From Octopus bimaculoides (Eukaryota), in assembly GCF_001194135.2 (NCBI RefSeq), contig NC_068981.1, positions 166,364,044 through 166,396,108 on the forward strand: a stretch of DNA of 32,065 nt, given 5' to 3'. The position numbers and the translations under genes were made by a program. The notes under the pieces were generated by a model that worked only from the letters and a program-made list of their open reading frames with translations, had not been told where the DNA came from and did no database searches. The number at the start of each line of letters is the position of its first letter. Positions within the stretch are counted from its first letter, which is position 1. Shown in pieces: positions 9,873 through 20,551 of this stretch.

Positions 9873-11694
9873 CTAGCAAACGCCCCACCCCCCGTCCATT
9901 GGACGGTTTGTATAGCTGAAACGGGTTAACTTGGACGGTGTTAAGTTGTGGAGATGTTTGGTGATTGTACGGGGTTGTTACTTTTGGTTAGGACATTAAA
10001 GATTCCTAAGACGTTAAAACTGTTGACAGTTTCTTCTAAATAAGGAAAATTGATTGATAGTGAACCTTTTCAAAATTGTCATGAGGCCAATAAAATGAAG
10101 GAAAACTGTTCCGCCCACAATATATACAACTTCCAGTGGAATCGGACATCATAATTAACCTTAAACTTTTTGCACACAAACACTTTCACATTAGGATAAG
10201 CACAATGTACTCTTCCATAGTACATGCCTCATGTTGACACCTATACGTCAGACTGAAGGCTGTTTTATCTCCAAAGTGAATATTGTAGGTGATATTTAAG
10301 CAATAAACAGTTCTTTGGCTTTTGCATTTGACGACTGTTGCTTTACATATTTTATTTCGATTTTCACTGGCGTAGTGGTAAGAAGTACGGGATACGTAAC
10401 ATTAGTTTCGAATAAAAATATAAATGGAAGTTTAAATCACCCTGTAGTGAACACTTCTATCGCCATTATATACAAACAAACCATCTTCTCTCACTATAAA
10501 TATTGACAGACGCGAGCGTAGTAGAAAGCAACTCATTCCCTGTCATCACCTGACTGACTATTTCTTTGCGCGGGTAAATTATCTCCACCCGTTCGCCTCA
10601 GGACGCAAACTGACCAACCACAGCCACTAATAAGGTCACGTGAGAGAGTTCTTCTAATGCTTCTCTGGAGCCTACCTTCAGCTATAAATAGACTAAATTA
10701 TACCCGCCAAATCGTCGCGCCTCAGATCGCCTAGATCTGGCCCCGACGTCGCCAGCAGCAACACGACTCTACGACTACCAGCATCGTCCCCAACAGCGTC
10801 AACATGACTCTACACGTACACACGATACCAACAGCTAACTACCGCAGCACTTCTCTTTGGCCTCAGGATGAGAAAGACACTATATATTGAGATCCATCGA
10901 AAAGATAACCCTGAGGCCACTTCTCTTCGATCCTGTTTGTGTGATTCATCTTCACCACGATAAATAACAGCCAAGAACCCAGCCTGCGAAGAACATCTGT
11001 ATTCAAGAACCCGGCTTGGCATGGAAGCCCTAACATCACAACTAGTGATCGCTCTGCCCCACACGCCTTAACTTCTTATATACAGACACTTACCACTGTG
11101 TACTCTAATTAAGAACGGGTAAATTCTTATACGTGTTACTGATTCTAATCTAACTCTGTATCTCACGCATTCACATACATGTATTACTCGCACACAAACT
11201 TTTCTTTACATGACGGCCTGTCTTTTATTGTGTTTCATTATGTCGCATTCACTCACACACAGACATACAATTTAAAACTACAATAAATCTTACTGTTATT
11301 CATCTATATCGGTTGTGTCAATATCGTCTTCCTTACTGGCCTTTACGAATTCTCTATGTTATCGAAGTATAGCATATTTATCAAATATATATTTTTGTGT
11401 TCGACCGTGTGACGCGTTATAATAAAGGAGCTTGTTTTTCCATTCGTCACCATTTCTCCTTTTGGGTTTGCACGGTCATTCTTACAACCCGATGGATAGG
11501 CAAACCGAAACTGCTACTCAATAAAGGCGCAAAAATGCTTAAGGAAGTCTCTCTTCTCTCAGAAACTGACACAAAAAGAGTTGAAACTCGGGGGTAAAAT
11601 AACACAATTTGCAATAAAATAACATAAGGCATGTTCTTTGCAAATCAATTTTAACTCAAAAATTGTACAATACCGCTTATTTTTTTAAGTTGGA
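9873..11694 (-). mobile_element. Non-autonomous Helitron-like element (~770 bp after removing the nested LTR)
   Basis: Minus-strand 3' end: hairpin CCGTCC-N3-GGACGG (9892-9906) 15 nt before CTAG (9873-9876), then T. Candidate 5' end A|TCC at 11695/11694. It interrupts the R4-like remnant at an AT dinucleotide with no TSD. Confidence 0.55.
10443..11486 (+). mobile_element. Solo Gypsy-type LTR (copy B)
   Basis: TGTA...TACA termini with 4-bp TSD ACCC (10439-10442 and 11487-11490). Homologous to copies A, C and D. Confidence 0.85.
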
Positions 11695-11950
11695 TGAGAA
11701 AGACACTATATATTGAGATCCATCGAAAAGATAACCCTGAGGCCAAAGAAATAAGGACCCACAGTATAGTAGAAACCATAGCTACTCATAATGGGGAGTA
11801 CTGATGAAATGTCCTAGTGAAAACCTCACTAAAATGTAAACATAATATACCTGACATAATGACTTAGGATAAAGGAAACTGTGTACAGTTGTGGAAATCA
11901 GCTACCCAGCAAATGTTAGCATAAAGCTTAAAGATCAGCGAAAAAAAAAA
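11695..11950 (+). mobile_element. R4/Dong-like LINE remnant, restriction-like endonuclease region (first part)
   Basis: KTLYIEIHRKDNPEAKEIRTHSIVETIATHNGEY**NVLVKTSLKCKHNIPDIMT*DK...VEISYPANVSIKLK carries the HN.PD..D..EIS RLE motif. Confidence 0.75.
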
Positions 11951-11954
11951 AAAC

Positions 11955-12140
11955 AAATCAAGATTTCACTTAATAGGAGTTTACTTTTTGTTCATCGGTG
12001 TTCTTTATAGCACAATTAATTTCATTAACCAATCACAAGGACGTTAGTGAAAATGCTACTGTGTGCTGAAGAGCCTTCAGAATAAAGAAAAAAAGTTATA
12101 TGGTCGGCGCGAACATATGTGTCAATGAAAAAGAAAATAC
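11955..12140 (+). repeat. Unclassified ~170-185 bp repeat inserted in the R4-like remnant
   Basis: Splits ISEK|ENTY at an A-rich site. An inverted homolog lies at ~12880-13045. Confidence 0.75.
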
Positions 12141-12535
12141 CTACGCTGAGCAATTGAGAAATCTACAGTTACTCTACTCAGCTTACAAGTTCAGGTTTAC
12201 ACCTGTAATTACTGGGGCACTGGAATATGTAACACACTGCCTAAGTACCAATCTTGAGAAATGAAGCTTCTCAAAACCAGAAAGGAGAAAGGTGATTCGA
12301 AGACTACAGATCCAAGCCATCACTGGAACTGTAAAAATCCGTAAAACTCCGCGCATGCAACTATATGCATGAGAATGCATACATAAAGCAAAACATACAA
12401 ATCTGCACATGCACTGACTCCAAATACTGCACACATAATACATACATCATTGTTGATGTTAAAATTCCAATGAAGGAGCCTTGGATCTAGGTTAGAAACC
12501 AGCTCTTTCACTATCTTGAAATAAAACTGAATAAT
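12125..12535 (+). mobile_element. R4/Dong-like LINE remnant, RLE C-terminus and 3' UTR
   Basis: NEKENTYAEQLRNLQLLYSAYKFRFTPVITGALEYV...RRLQIQAITGTVKIRKT resembles the P.V.GALG ... LGT..I C-terminus of RLE-type ORFs. Confidence 0.75.
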
Positions 12536-12561
12536 GACATACACACACATGTAGATGAACA

Positions 12562-12710
12562 GGAGACTCTGAGTTCAAACACCGCCGAGATCGACTTTGC
12601 CTTTTATCCCTTTAGGGTTGATAAAATAAGTACCAGTGAGCACTGGGGTCTATGTAATTGACACCCCGCCCCCGAAATTGCTGACCTCGTACCAAAATTT
12701 GAAACTATTA
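12562..12710 (+). mobile_element. tRNA-derived SINE (partial)
   Basis: CTGAGTTCAAACACCGCCGAGATCGACTTTGCCTTTTATCCC...AAGTACCAGT. Confidence 0.85.
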
Positions 12711-12879
12711 TTTTTCGGTACCACAGCTGTTTGGTGTCACTTTAACGAGCGGTCTACCTGGTCATATACACTTTAGCGTGTAGTCTACCCTAAATTCTTG
12801 TCCTAATCCTAACCCAGATCAGGTCCCTTCACAGATTAGACTACAGATACTGGAATGTACCCGCACGCTAATGTAACAT

Positions 12880-13045
12880 CTATTTTTCTTTTTCATTGGC
12901 AAGTATAGAAGATATCGCGCCGAACATACCACTTCTTTTTCTTCATTTTGAAGGCTCTTCAACACACAATAGCATTTCACTAACGTCCTGGTGATTGGTT
13001 AATGAAATTAAATGACCACCGACTCCTGTTAAGTGAAATCTGTTG
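12880..13045 (-). repeat. Second, inverted copy of the 11955-12140 repeat
   Basis: The reverse complement reads GATTTCACTTAACAGGAG...TTTCATTAACCAATCACCAGGACGTTAGTGAAA...GAAGAGCCTTCA, matching the first copy. Confidence 0.8.
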
Positions 13046-15714
13046 ATTAGGCTCAAATCATTCCATTAGTTTACTTTTTTTCCCCACCCTGCAGCGGTAG
13101 AACGGTGGATTTGATGCTTTGTGTTTTTTAATCACGTCCTTCCACGTTCAAATTCCAATCACGCAGAGATTGACTTAGCTTTTTATTCTTCTGTGATCCA
13201 TAAATCAAGTACCAGTCCAGCGGAGAACTCATAAAATTGATTATATCTTTTCTTCTAAATGTGTGGTCTAGTGCCCGATATTAGTGGTTTGGGTGTTCGT
13301 TTCATGGTCACTAGGTCGTGCTTTCTATCTTCGAACTAGGCAGTGCTCTGTGTCCTTCATTTTATGGTGTTTCAGTTCACTCAGCTGAAAATGATTATCA
13401 ACGATAGCTGGGGTGGGGGCCAACTGTGTGACGAACTTACATCCCATCTAAAAAGAGTCTTGTATTTCCACTCGCTTAAACGCCATAGAAACCAGAAGCT
13501 CGGCCCTACTGAGTCTGTAGGGCAGAGTTAGACATCAACTATTTTTTAGCCTTTATATTTAGGAATACCTGGAATGCTGCTGAAGCTACGAAATGTTCTG
13601 CTTTCGATTGTCTGTTTACGACATTAAGGTGTAACTTTTTGTATACTTTTTGCGCTTTTGAGTTTTTCTTCTCATTTCTTAAGCAACGTCAAACCTAGTT
13701 GATACTTGGGGTGACCGCTTGAAGAACTTAGATGCTGTAAGCAAAACCTGTAGTTTTTCTCAATGGCGGTGCCCCAGCATGGCCGTAGCTTACGGACTGA
13801 AATAAAAGATAACAAATAAAGATACACCTAAATTATATACTATTTTGTAATGAGAAACCATCGTTATAAGAGTTATAGGTTTTGAATTAAATATATATAT
13901 ATAGGTAAGTGTATATCCTGCTTGAGTGTGTACATACAATTTTATGATTAAATAAGTGTTATAGCATCTTCGCACGAAACAAATATTCAGTCACAAGCAA
14001 TCCATATTTACTAGTGAACTTTACTGATCATTTCAGCTATTTATAGTGTGCGCGCGTGTGTAATACATACATACACACACGTACGTAATACTGTCACTGT
14101 AACTTGAGTAATGCAGGTGTGGTGTGTCAACTTTGTGTTACCTGTAGCAACGTCACTCAAGCATTACAAAGTTTTCAGTCAACAGGTTAAAATATTTAAA
14201 AAAAAAGAAAAAATTACAATAAGACAGTAGAAAGAGAGAGAAGAGAGAGAACAAAAGGAAGATAAATAAACAAAAGAGGAAACCAGCATTGTTATCAATC
14301 AACAGCTACTATTTAATTTAAATACAAATCGCCTGTTCAGCTTAAGTTAGTAACAGTAAAACTAAGAGAAGGAATAAAAACGTGAAAATATGGCGAAGAA
14401 AGTAACGACTAAAAAAGGTATGAATTATTATTATTTAAAAAAAAAAATTACATAGTATACTTTTGTCTTTCAGTCGAGCACAACATGCAAAAAACATTCG
14501 ATATCCCGTATTATTTGTGTACTTACTTGTTTAGAGGAAATAACTCGTATTGTTAGTTACGCCAAGCAGTCTTACATGAAAGAGTTTTTCTTATTTTTGT
14601 TTTTTCATTTACATATTACATATGATAAGCCATTGACACCTTTTCAAATATATATTAAAACAATTTTTCAGGTGAACTAAAAAGGAGTACTTGTATTTTC
14701 TATTTGAAATTATATTATCTTCACTTTTCTGTCTGTCTGTCATAGTGTTCATGACCGAGATTTCTTTTAATTAAATTATGTTGGGTTTTCTTTTTATTGT
14801 ACATGAGGCTAATTTTTAAGGTCGGAGCACAGCCGATTGAATTGATGTGCTACATAATTTTCCGATTCTGATTTAAGCAAACAACAGATGAGAAAACCAG
14901 AAACCAAAATAACGTTACCTCTATCGATTGGAGTCGAACCTAAGATCTGTAACTGGTTGTCTAGTTTACATACATTGTAATAAATGACTACCTTTTGATT
15001 CCTGGTTTCGGATCTTCTACGTGATCGATCGACTTGCTAGCAATAGCAGCCAAAGATCCCCTTAAAGCATACCCTATCTAAAAAGGAAGAGAGTACACAT
15101 TAGTTTGGGGGTATACTGTCTGGAAGAATAAGCACGTTGATGCTCGTGGCTAGAATTCTTTTGGTTATTGGTCGGCTCAGCCAGGATCAGCTAATTTCTT
15201 TAAAGACCCGTTTCCAACGAGAAACTGGGTATTATAGTATAAATTACTGTAGTACTAACAGTATAATAACTATTGAATGATTCTTAACTGATAGTACCAA
15301 TACCTCCCCATCAAAATATTAGAATTTTTACCCTCTCCCCTCTTTATTAGTAAAAAGACAAAATAGCGTTTGGATCCATATAATTCTTCTTTATTTACCG
15401 CGGTGTTGAATGAGTTTAAAGCAGTTTAATTTCATTAAACAAAGCAATGTTCTTTTCAGTCCTTCGCCCGTACGAGAAAACACTGGAGCGTGCTTTATCT
15501 TGATACTAGGTTTACCACTCATGTGGGTTTTTTTTTTTTTCAGATAAGATAATACTCGTTATATATCGTCTCATATTTATCTTCACTCTCTTTACACAAA
15601 CGTCATTGTGGCTTATTGAGACACCCATAACATGGCTTTATATTGTCGTTTCTCGGCCATTTACTTTTAACACCCTGTTTTCTGAATCTTCTCATCTTCT
15701 GAAAGAACCACAGC

Positions 15715-16864
15715 CCATTCCTATACATGTCACCCCCATACAACTTTGTTACTTCATAACTTCCTGAAAAATGGATATTTTTTAATGAAATTTTCAATAC
15801 TTTTCTGAGTGTTTAAGATCACGATTACATAGGATTTTTTTTTTCAATTAGTCAGCTTTATTCTGATAAAATCAGGTAAGTAGCTTGCTTACCAACCACA
15901 TTGTTCTGGGTTCAGTCTCACTGCATGGTACCTTGGGCAAGTGTCTTCTCGTATAGCCTCGGACCGACCAAAGCCTTGTGAGTGGATTTGGTAGACGGAA
16001 ACTGAAAGTAGGCCGTCGTGTATGTGTGTGTATATGTTTGTGTCTGTGTTTGTCCCCCCCCCCCCAACATCGCTTGACAACCGATGCTGGTGTGTTTACG
16101 TCCCCGTAACTTAGCCTTTCGGCAAAAAAGACCGATAGAATAAGTACTGGGCTTACAAAGAATAAGTCCTGGGGTCGATTTGCTCGACTAAAGGCGGTGC
16201 TCCAGCATGGCCACTGTCAAATGACTGAAACAAGTAAAAGAGTATATAAATATGTACACTTTTTTTTTTCAATATTGTCATTTTATAAGATTTTGCTGGC
16301 AAATTCTTAAATTAACATTTATTTACATAAAAGAAAATTACCGGAGAACTTTGTTCTAATTCTTCCAAACCTTTCTTAATATGAAAAAAAACATTGGTGG
16401 GCTCGTACACATAACATGCTGCACGTCACACAGATCTACAAATTTTTTACTCGGTGGGAGGTGGGGGCTTTATTTTAGTTTTGGAAAATGTACATCTTTT
16501 AGAACGAAACTTGAAATTTCGATGAAAAAAAAATGTATCGGTATGTATGGGTGTGTGCTCACTATTTTTCTTTTCACACCAAATCCCGATATAGTCGTAA
16601 TTTACACACTCTGAAAGGTATTTTTAGAACAATTTCATTAAAAAGGCACTCATTTTCTGAAAGTTATTAGGAAACAAAACTAACTCGTGTGAATTTTCGG
16701 AAATCTCTCTTTCAACCCAAAGAAAAATCTTTTCACAATATAATCGGAATCTACACAATCTGAAACGTATTTGAAGAAAATGTCATTAAAAAGTATCCAT
16801 TTTTCTGGAAGTTACGAGGAGACAAAATGTGGTGGGGGTAGGCACATGTAGGAATACCCCCTGT
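15715..16864. mobile_element. Degenerate DNA-transposon remnant with long inverted arms (Tc1/mariner-like), carrying a nested SINE
   Basis: 15715-15840 is inverted relative to 16585-16680 and 16740-16860 (TTTCATTAAAAA..ATCCATTTTTC.GGAAGTTA). The right end is CCCCTG|TA. Confidence 0.5.
15872..16245 (+). mobile_element. SINE with internal (TG)n tract
   Basis: tRNA-like head, CCTTGGGCAAGTGTCTTCT core, and tail GGCGGTGCTCCAGCATGGCC...CTGAAACAAGTAAAAG. An inverted homolog lies at 28385-28600. Confidence 0.85.
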
Positions 16865-17012
16865 AGTTCAAAAGGTCTCACCACAACCGAATGTTGAGAT
16901 AGTGAAGTAATTTAGAGGCGAAATGCCAGAGTGCATATGAAATACCAATTATCAATTCAATCAATTTGAATTGTCAATGTTTCGTTGTCAAGGTAATTCG
17001 CTGTAATCCAAC

Positions 17013-17172
17013 CACTAGCGTAGCTAGAGTGTGTGCCGCCCGGGGCGGCCCTTCCATTTGCTGTCCCTGGACCCTACAAAAAATATATGTTGCTTGCAGC
17101 AGACCTAAAAGTGGTGCCCCTTTAAAAGTGCCGCCCGGGGCGGACCGCTCCTACCCACAAATTATGCTAGTG
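17013..17172. mobile_element. hAT-type MITE, 160 bp
   Basis: TIR CACTAGCGTA / TATGCTAGTG with 8-bp TSD AATCCAAC (17005-17012) / AGTCCAAC (17173-17180). Two internal GCCGCCCGGGGCGG motifs. Confidence 0.75.
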
Positions 17173-18654
17173 AGTCCAACACCTTAGCAACTCAGAATGA
17201 GCGGCGTAAAACTTCGACTTTCTGCTTTGTAAATTACTAGAAGAGTTATAATTATTTCTGAGAAGGGGCACGCGGCTGCTGATGTATATGTAAAACAGAG
17301 TTTGACCGATCACTACAAAATAAATCTAGTCGTTGATGATTTGTTCAGTCCGAGATCGATTCCTGACTGTAATCCTTCGAAAAGTTAACAGAAGCGCTTC
17401 ACCTGATTTAGTCCCATAACACTTTAGTAAAAGCTAAAAAAACCCAAGGGCGTGATGTTACACCAAGAAATGAAATCACTATGCCGGTTTATGCTGTCAC
17501 AAAATGATAAATAATGTGAATTAAAGGGTAACTAGAATCTCGGAGAAATTAGCGTTGGTCTGTTGCTAAAATAAAGAGGAGCCTGCTAAAAGGGACAGAC
17601 CCCTTATCCCAATCGAATATCTGTTATTTTACGAATATTTGTGAGAAGAGCAATCTGGATTTTCGGACATTCTCATTGCTCTGAGAAAAAATTAAACTTT
17701 CTAGTGGCGGTGGGTTAGATGGTACTTTGAATAGAAATCACTAGACGTAAATAACAGTTTAGTGAGTGTGTGTTGAGAGAATAGTGAAAACTTGTACGGA
17801 TTTGTAAATAGAAGTATTCTCTCTATCTTAACCGTCACCCTGTCCTTATCTATTCTCAGTTTTTTTTTAAGCTGTCAATTTCCAAACATCATATTTCCGT
17901 TTTCATGGCATATGAACTTGTCTACACTGAACTTCATAATTTTTGTTGAAGCAGACCACCACCAGTTACATCGGACACTTATATATTATGAATGTTATTT
18001 GTCTCCTTTCCATACCCTTACTCTCATTCTCACAATAGTTTTGTCTTTTCGCTCTATAAATCAGTTATTTATCATAATGATTTTTTAGAAGGGATAAAAA
18101 GCTACTGATGTGCAGGGGAGCAAAACTTAGCTTGACGATCTCCATAAACTACAGCATCGATTCCCGACTTCGTCTCTCAAAAAGGAAAATTCACTTAGGT
18201 TGTAAAAGACATTTATCATGATTTATTTTCTCACATATAAATTTCTTGAGAAGCAGACAAACAAGGTAGTTTCGATTCTCAACTTGAATAGTTTGCTATT
18301 GTTAACGGCACGACGTGCCATTTTCTCTTCGTCGGCAATTTATTTGTCAAAGGACATATTTTCGGGTGTAATTAATAAAATACTATGTTACTATTTTACT
18401 TCGTCTATATTGAATCATTTTTTGTTCATTTTTGCGTTTGTTGTTTTAAGCTGAAGTAGGAAGAAAGGGTAATTTTGACTGGAATTTCTAGCAGGTCAAA
18501 CGACCGCATAGACGTCATCACAAGGTATAATAATTGAAATTATTCAATTAATGGAGTGATATCAATAACAGAAATTCTTTAACAATTGTAATTTTAAACA
18601 AATTAAAAAGAAGCAAAAAAAAAATGAACAGAGTAAGAAAATGTAATGTTTCAA

Positions 18655-18935
18655 ATTTTGACACAAGGCCAACAAATGGTGAGGTGGGAGTCTATTAGAT
18701 TGACCCTAGTGCGCAGATTCTGCCAACCCGCTGCCCTTTTAATGATAATCCTTTTTTCTATAGACTTAAGGCCTCAAATTTTGGAGGAGTGGGCTAGTCG
18801 AATACATCGACTCCACAGTTCAACTGCTACTGCATTTTTTTTTATCAACCTCGACGGAATTTGAACTCAGAACATAAAGCTGGGAGAAATACCGCTAGGC
18901 ATTTTGTCCGCAATTCTGCCAGCCCATCGCCTACA
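18655..18935 (-). mobile_element. Two adjacent tRNA-derived SINE fragments
   Basis: Two TCAAATTTTG tail motifs, then AATTTGAACTCAGAAC and GAAATACCGCTAGGCATTTTGTCC..TTCTGCCAGC. Confidence 0.75.
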
Positions 18936-19084
18936 TAATATCAACTCAATCCAACTATAAAGAATGAACATAAATAACATCCTCGTGACAAATATAAGTT
19001 GGCTACAGCACAGTCCAAAAAAATTTCCTCTATAGTTTTTCAAAGTGAAAGTGGCATTGTATATCCCTTAGTTTAATATAGATG

Positions 19085-19185
19085 CAGTATAGTCAAATGG
19101 TTAAGTTCGTTTCACAATCACGTAGTCTAGAGTTCAGTCCCTCTGCGTGGTATCTTGCACCTTTTACTATAGCTTTGAGTTAACC
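19085..19185 (+). mobile_element. SINE 5' fragment
   Basis: A/B-box-like head TGGTTAAG...GAGTTCAGTCCC with a degraded core similar to the SINE at 15872. Confidence 0.55.
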
Positions 19186-19271
19186 TAAAGCATCATCATC
19201 ATTTAACATCCGTTTTCCATGCTAGCATGGGTTGGATGGTTTGACAGGTACTGGCAAGCTGGAGAGCTGCA

Positions 19272-20332
19272 CCAATCACGGCCCCTAATAAGGTCACGTG
19301 ATGGAGTAAAATTCTGAAGGCATTTGGAGCCCTCTTAACGCTATATATAGATCAACTCATACCCAATAATTTGTCTCGGTCCAGTTTCTCTTTGAGAACT
19401 GTTCCGTGTACCACACGACAGCAGCAGCAGCCAGCGACCACTTCAGCAGCTTCGTCCAGCCACGATGACCTCCGCCGTCGCCACATCAGCAACAAGAGTC
19501 TACTACTACTATCCAGCATCATTATCATGACCAACACGATTCTACGATTACTACTAACCAGCAACAATCTCCGCCAGCGTCTACACGACCTTCTATGTNN
19601 NNNNNNNNNNNNNNNNNNNNNNNNNNNNNNNNNNNNNNNNNNNNNNNNNNNNNNNNNNNNNNNNNNNNNNNNNNNNNNNNNNNNNNNNNNNNNNNNNNNN
19701 NNNNNNNNNNNNNNNNNNNNNNNNNNNNNNNNNNNNNNNNNNNNNNNNNNNNNNNNNNNNNNNNNNNNNNNNNNNNNNNNNNNNNNNNNNNNNNNNNNNN
19801 NNNNNNNNNNNNNNNNNNNNNNNNNNNNNNNNNNNNNNNNNNNNNNNNNNNNNNNNNNNNNNNNNNNNNNNNNNNNNNNNNNNNNNNNNNNNNNNNNNNN
19901 NNNNNNNNNNNNNNNNNNNNNNNNNNNNNNNNNNNNNNNNNNNNNNNNNNNNNNNNNNNNNNNNNNNNTGTTCACGTGTTATTGACTCTCTTTTTCTCTG
20001 CTGTAATATTTCTCATACACACATGTATCACTCACATACACACTTTTCTTTGTATGACAGTCTGTCTTTGATTATGTTCTTATATGTCGCATTCACACTC
20101 TCACACAGACATACATCTTTAACACTACAATAAATATATCTGTTATTCATCTTATACGGTTGTGGTCTTTCATTACTGGTCATCTATGTTATCGTCGCAT
20201 AACATATCATGTATATCATATTTGATATATATTTGTATGTTCGACCGTGTGACACGTTCAAATAAAAGGAGTCCTCTGTTTTTCCATTCGTCACCATTTT
20301 CCCTTTTTGAGTTCGCACGGTCGTCCCTTACA
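19272..20332 (+). mobile_element. Gypsy-type 5' LTR (copy C, 5'-truncated, spans a gap)
   Basis: Has the same promoter block as copy B, a 3' part nearly identical to 1-445, and ends CCCTTACA followed by a PBS. Confidence 0.85.
19599..19968. other. Assembly gap (N run)
   Basis: 370 N. Confidence 1.
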
Positions 20333-20334
20333 AT

Positions 20335-20349
20335 TGGTGACCCCGACGT
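20335..20349 (+). promoter_or_regulatory. Primer binding site complementary to the tRNA-Trp 3' end
   Basis: TGGTGACCCCGACGT, 2 nt after the LTR end, matches the reverse complement of metazoan tRNA-Trp(CCA) ...ACGTCGGGGTCA-CCA over 15 nt. Confidence 0.85.
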
Positions 20350-20551
20350 CAGTCGTCCCTTACAGATACATTTGCCATTTGGAATACTCAAGCCACTTAG
20401 ACGCAAATTCAATTAATGAAGGTAAGTTCAGTTGCTTGAACAAGTAATACCTCAGTCAAAACTGATGCAGATCCATTTACGCTCTTAGTCAAAATAATTC
20501 ATGCTGTATGATTTAGTTCAAGAGTTCTCCATTTTTTTTTATCTATGGACC

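Noticed and set aside
11800-11830. Hammerhead core CTGATGA...GAAA
   Set aside because: No stem II pairing; it is the mutated WW codons of the R4-like ORF.
12060-12125. Hammerhead-like CTGAAGAGCC...GGC
   Set aside because: No GAAA after the stem and no stem I; the sister copy reads TTGAAGA.
11955-13045. Inverted pair read as the TIRs of one ~1.1 kb DNA transposon
   Set aside because: The R4-like frame continues both outside and between the copies, so the first copy is an independent insertion.
446-19271. LTR copies as paired ends of a full-length provirus
   Set aside because: No gag-pol between them. Copies B and D have their own TSDs, and the only PBS follows copy C.
19352-20071. Long ORFs of 158-207 aa
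   Set aside because: Artefacts of the N gap plus low-complexity LTR sequence.
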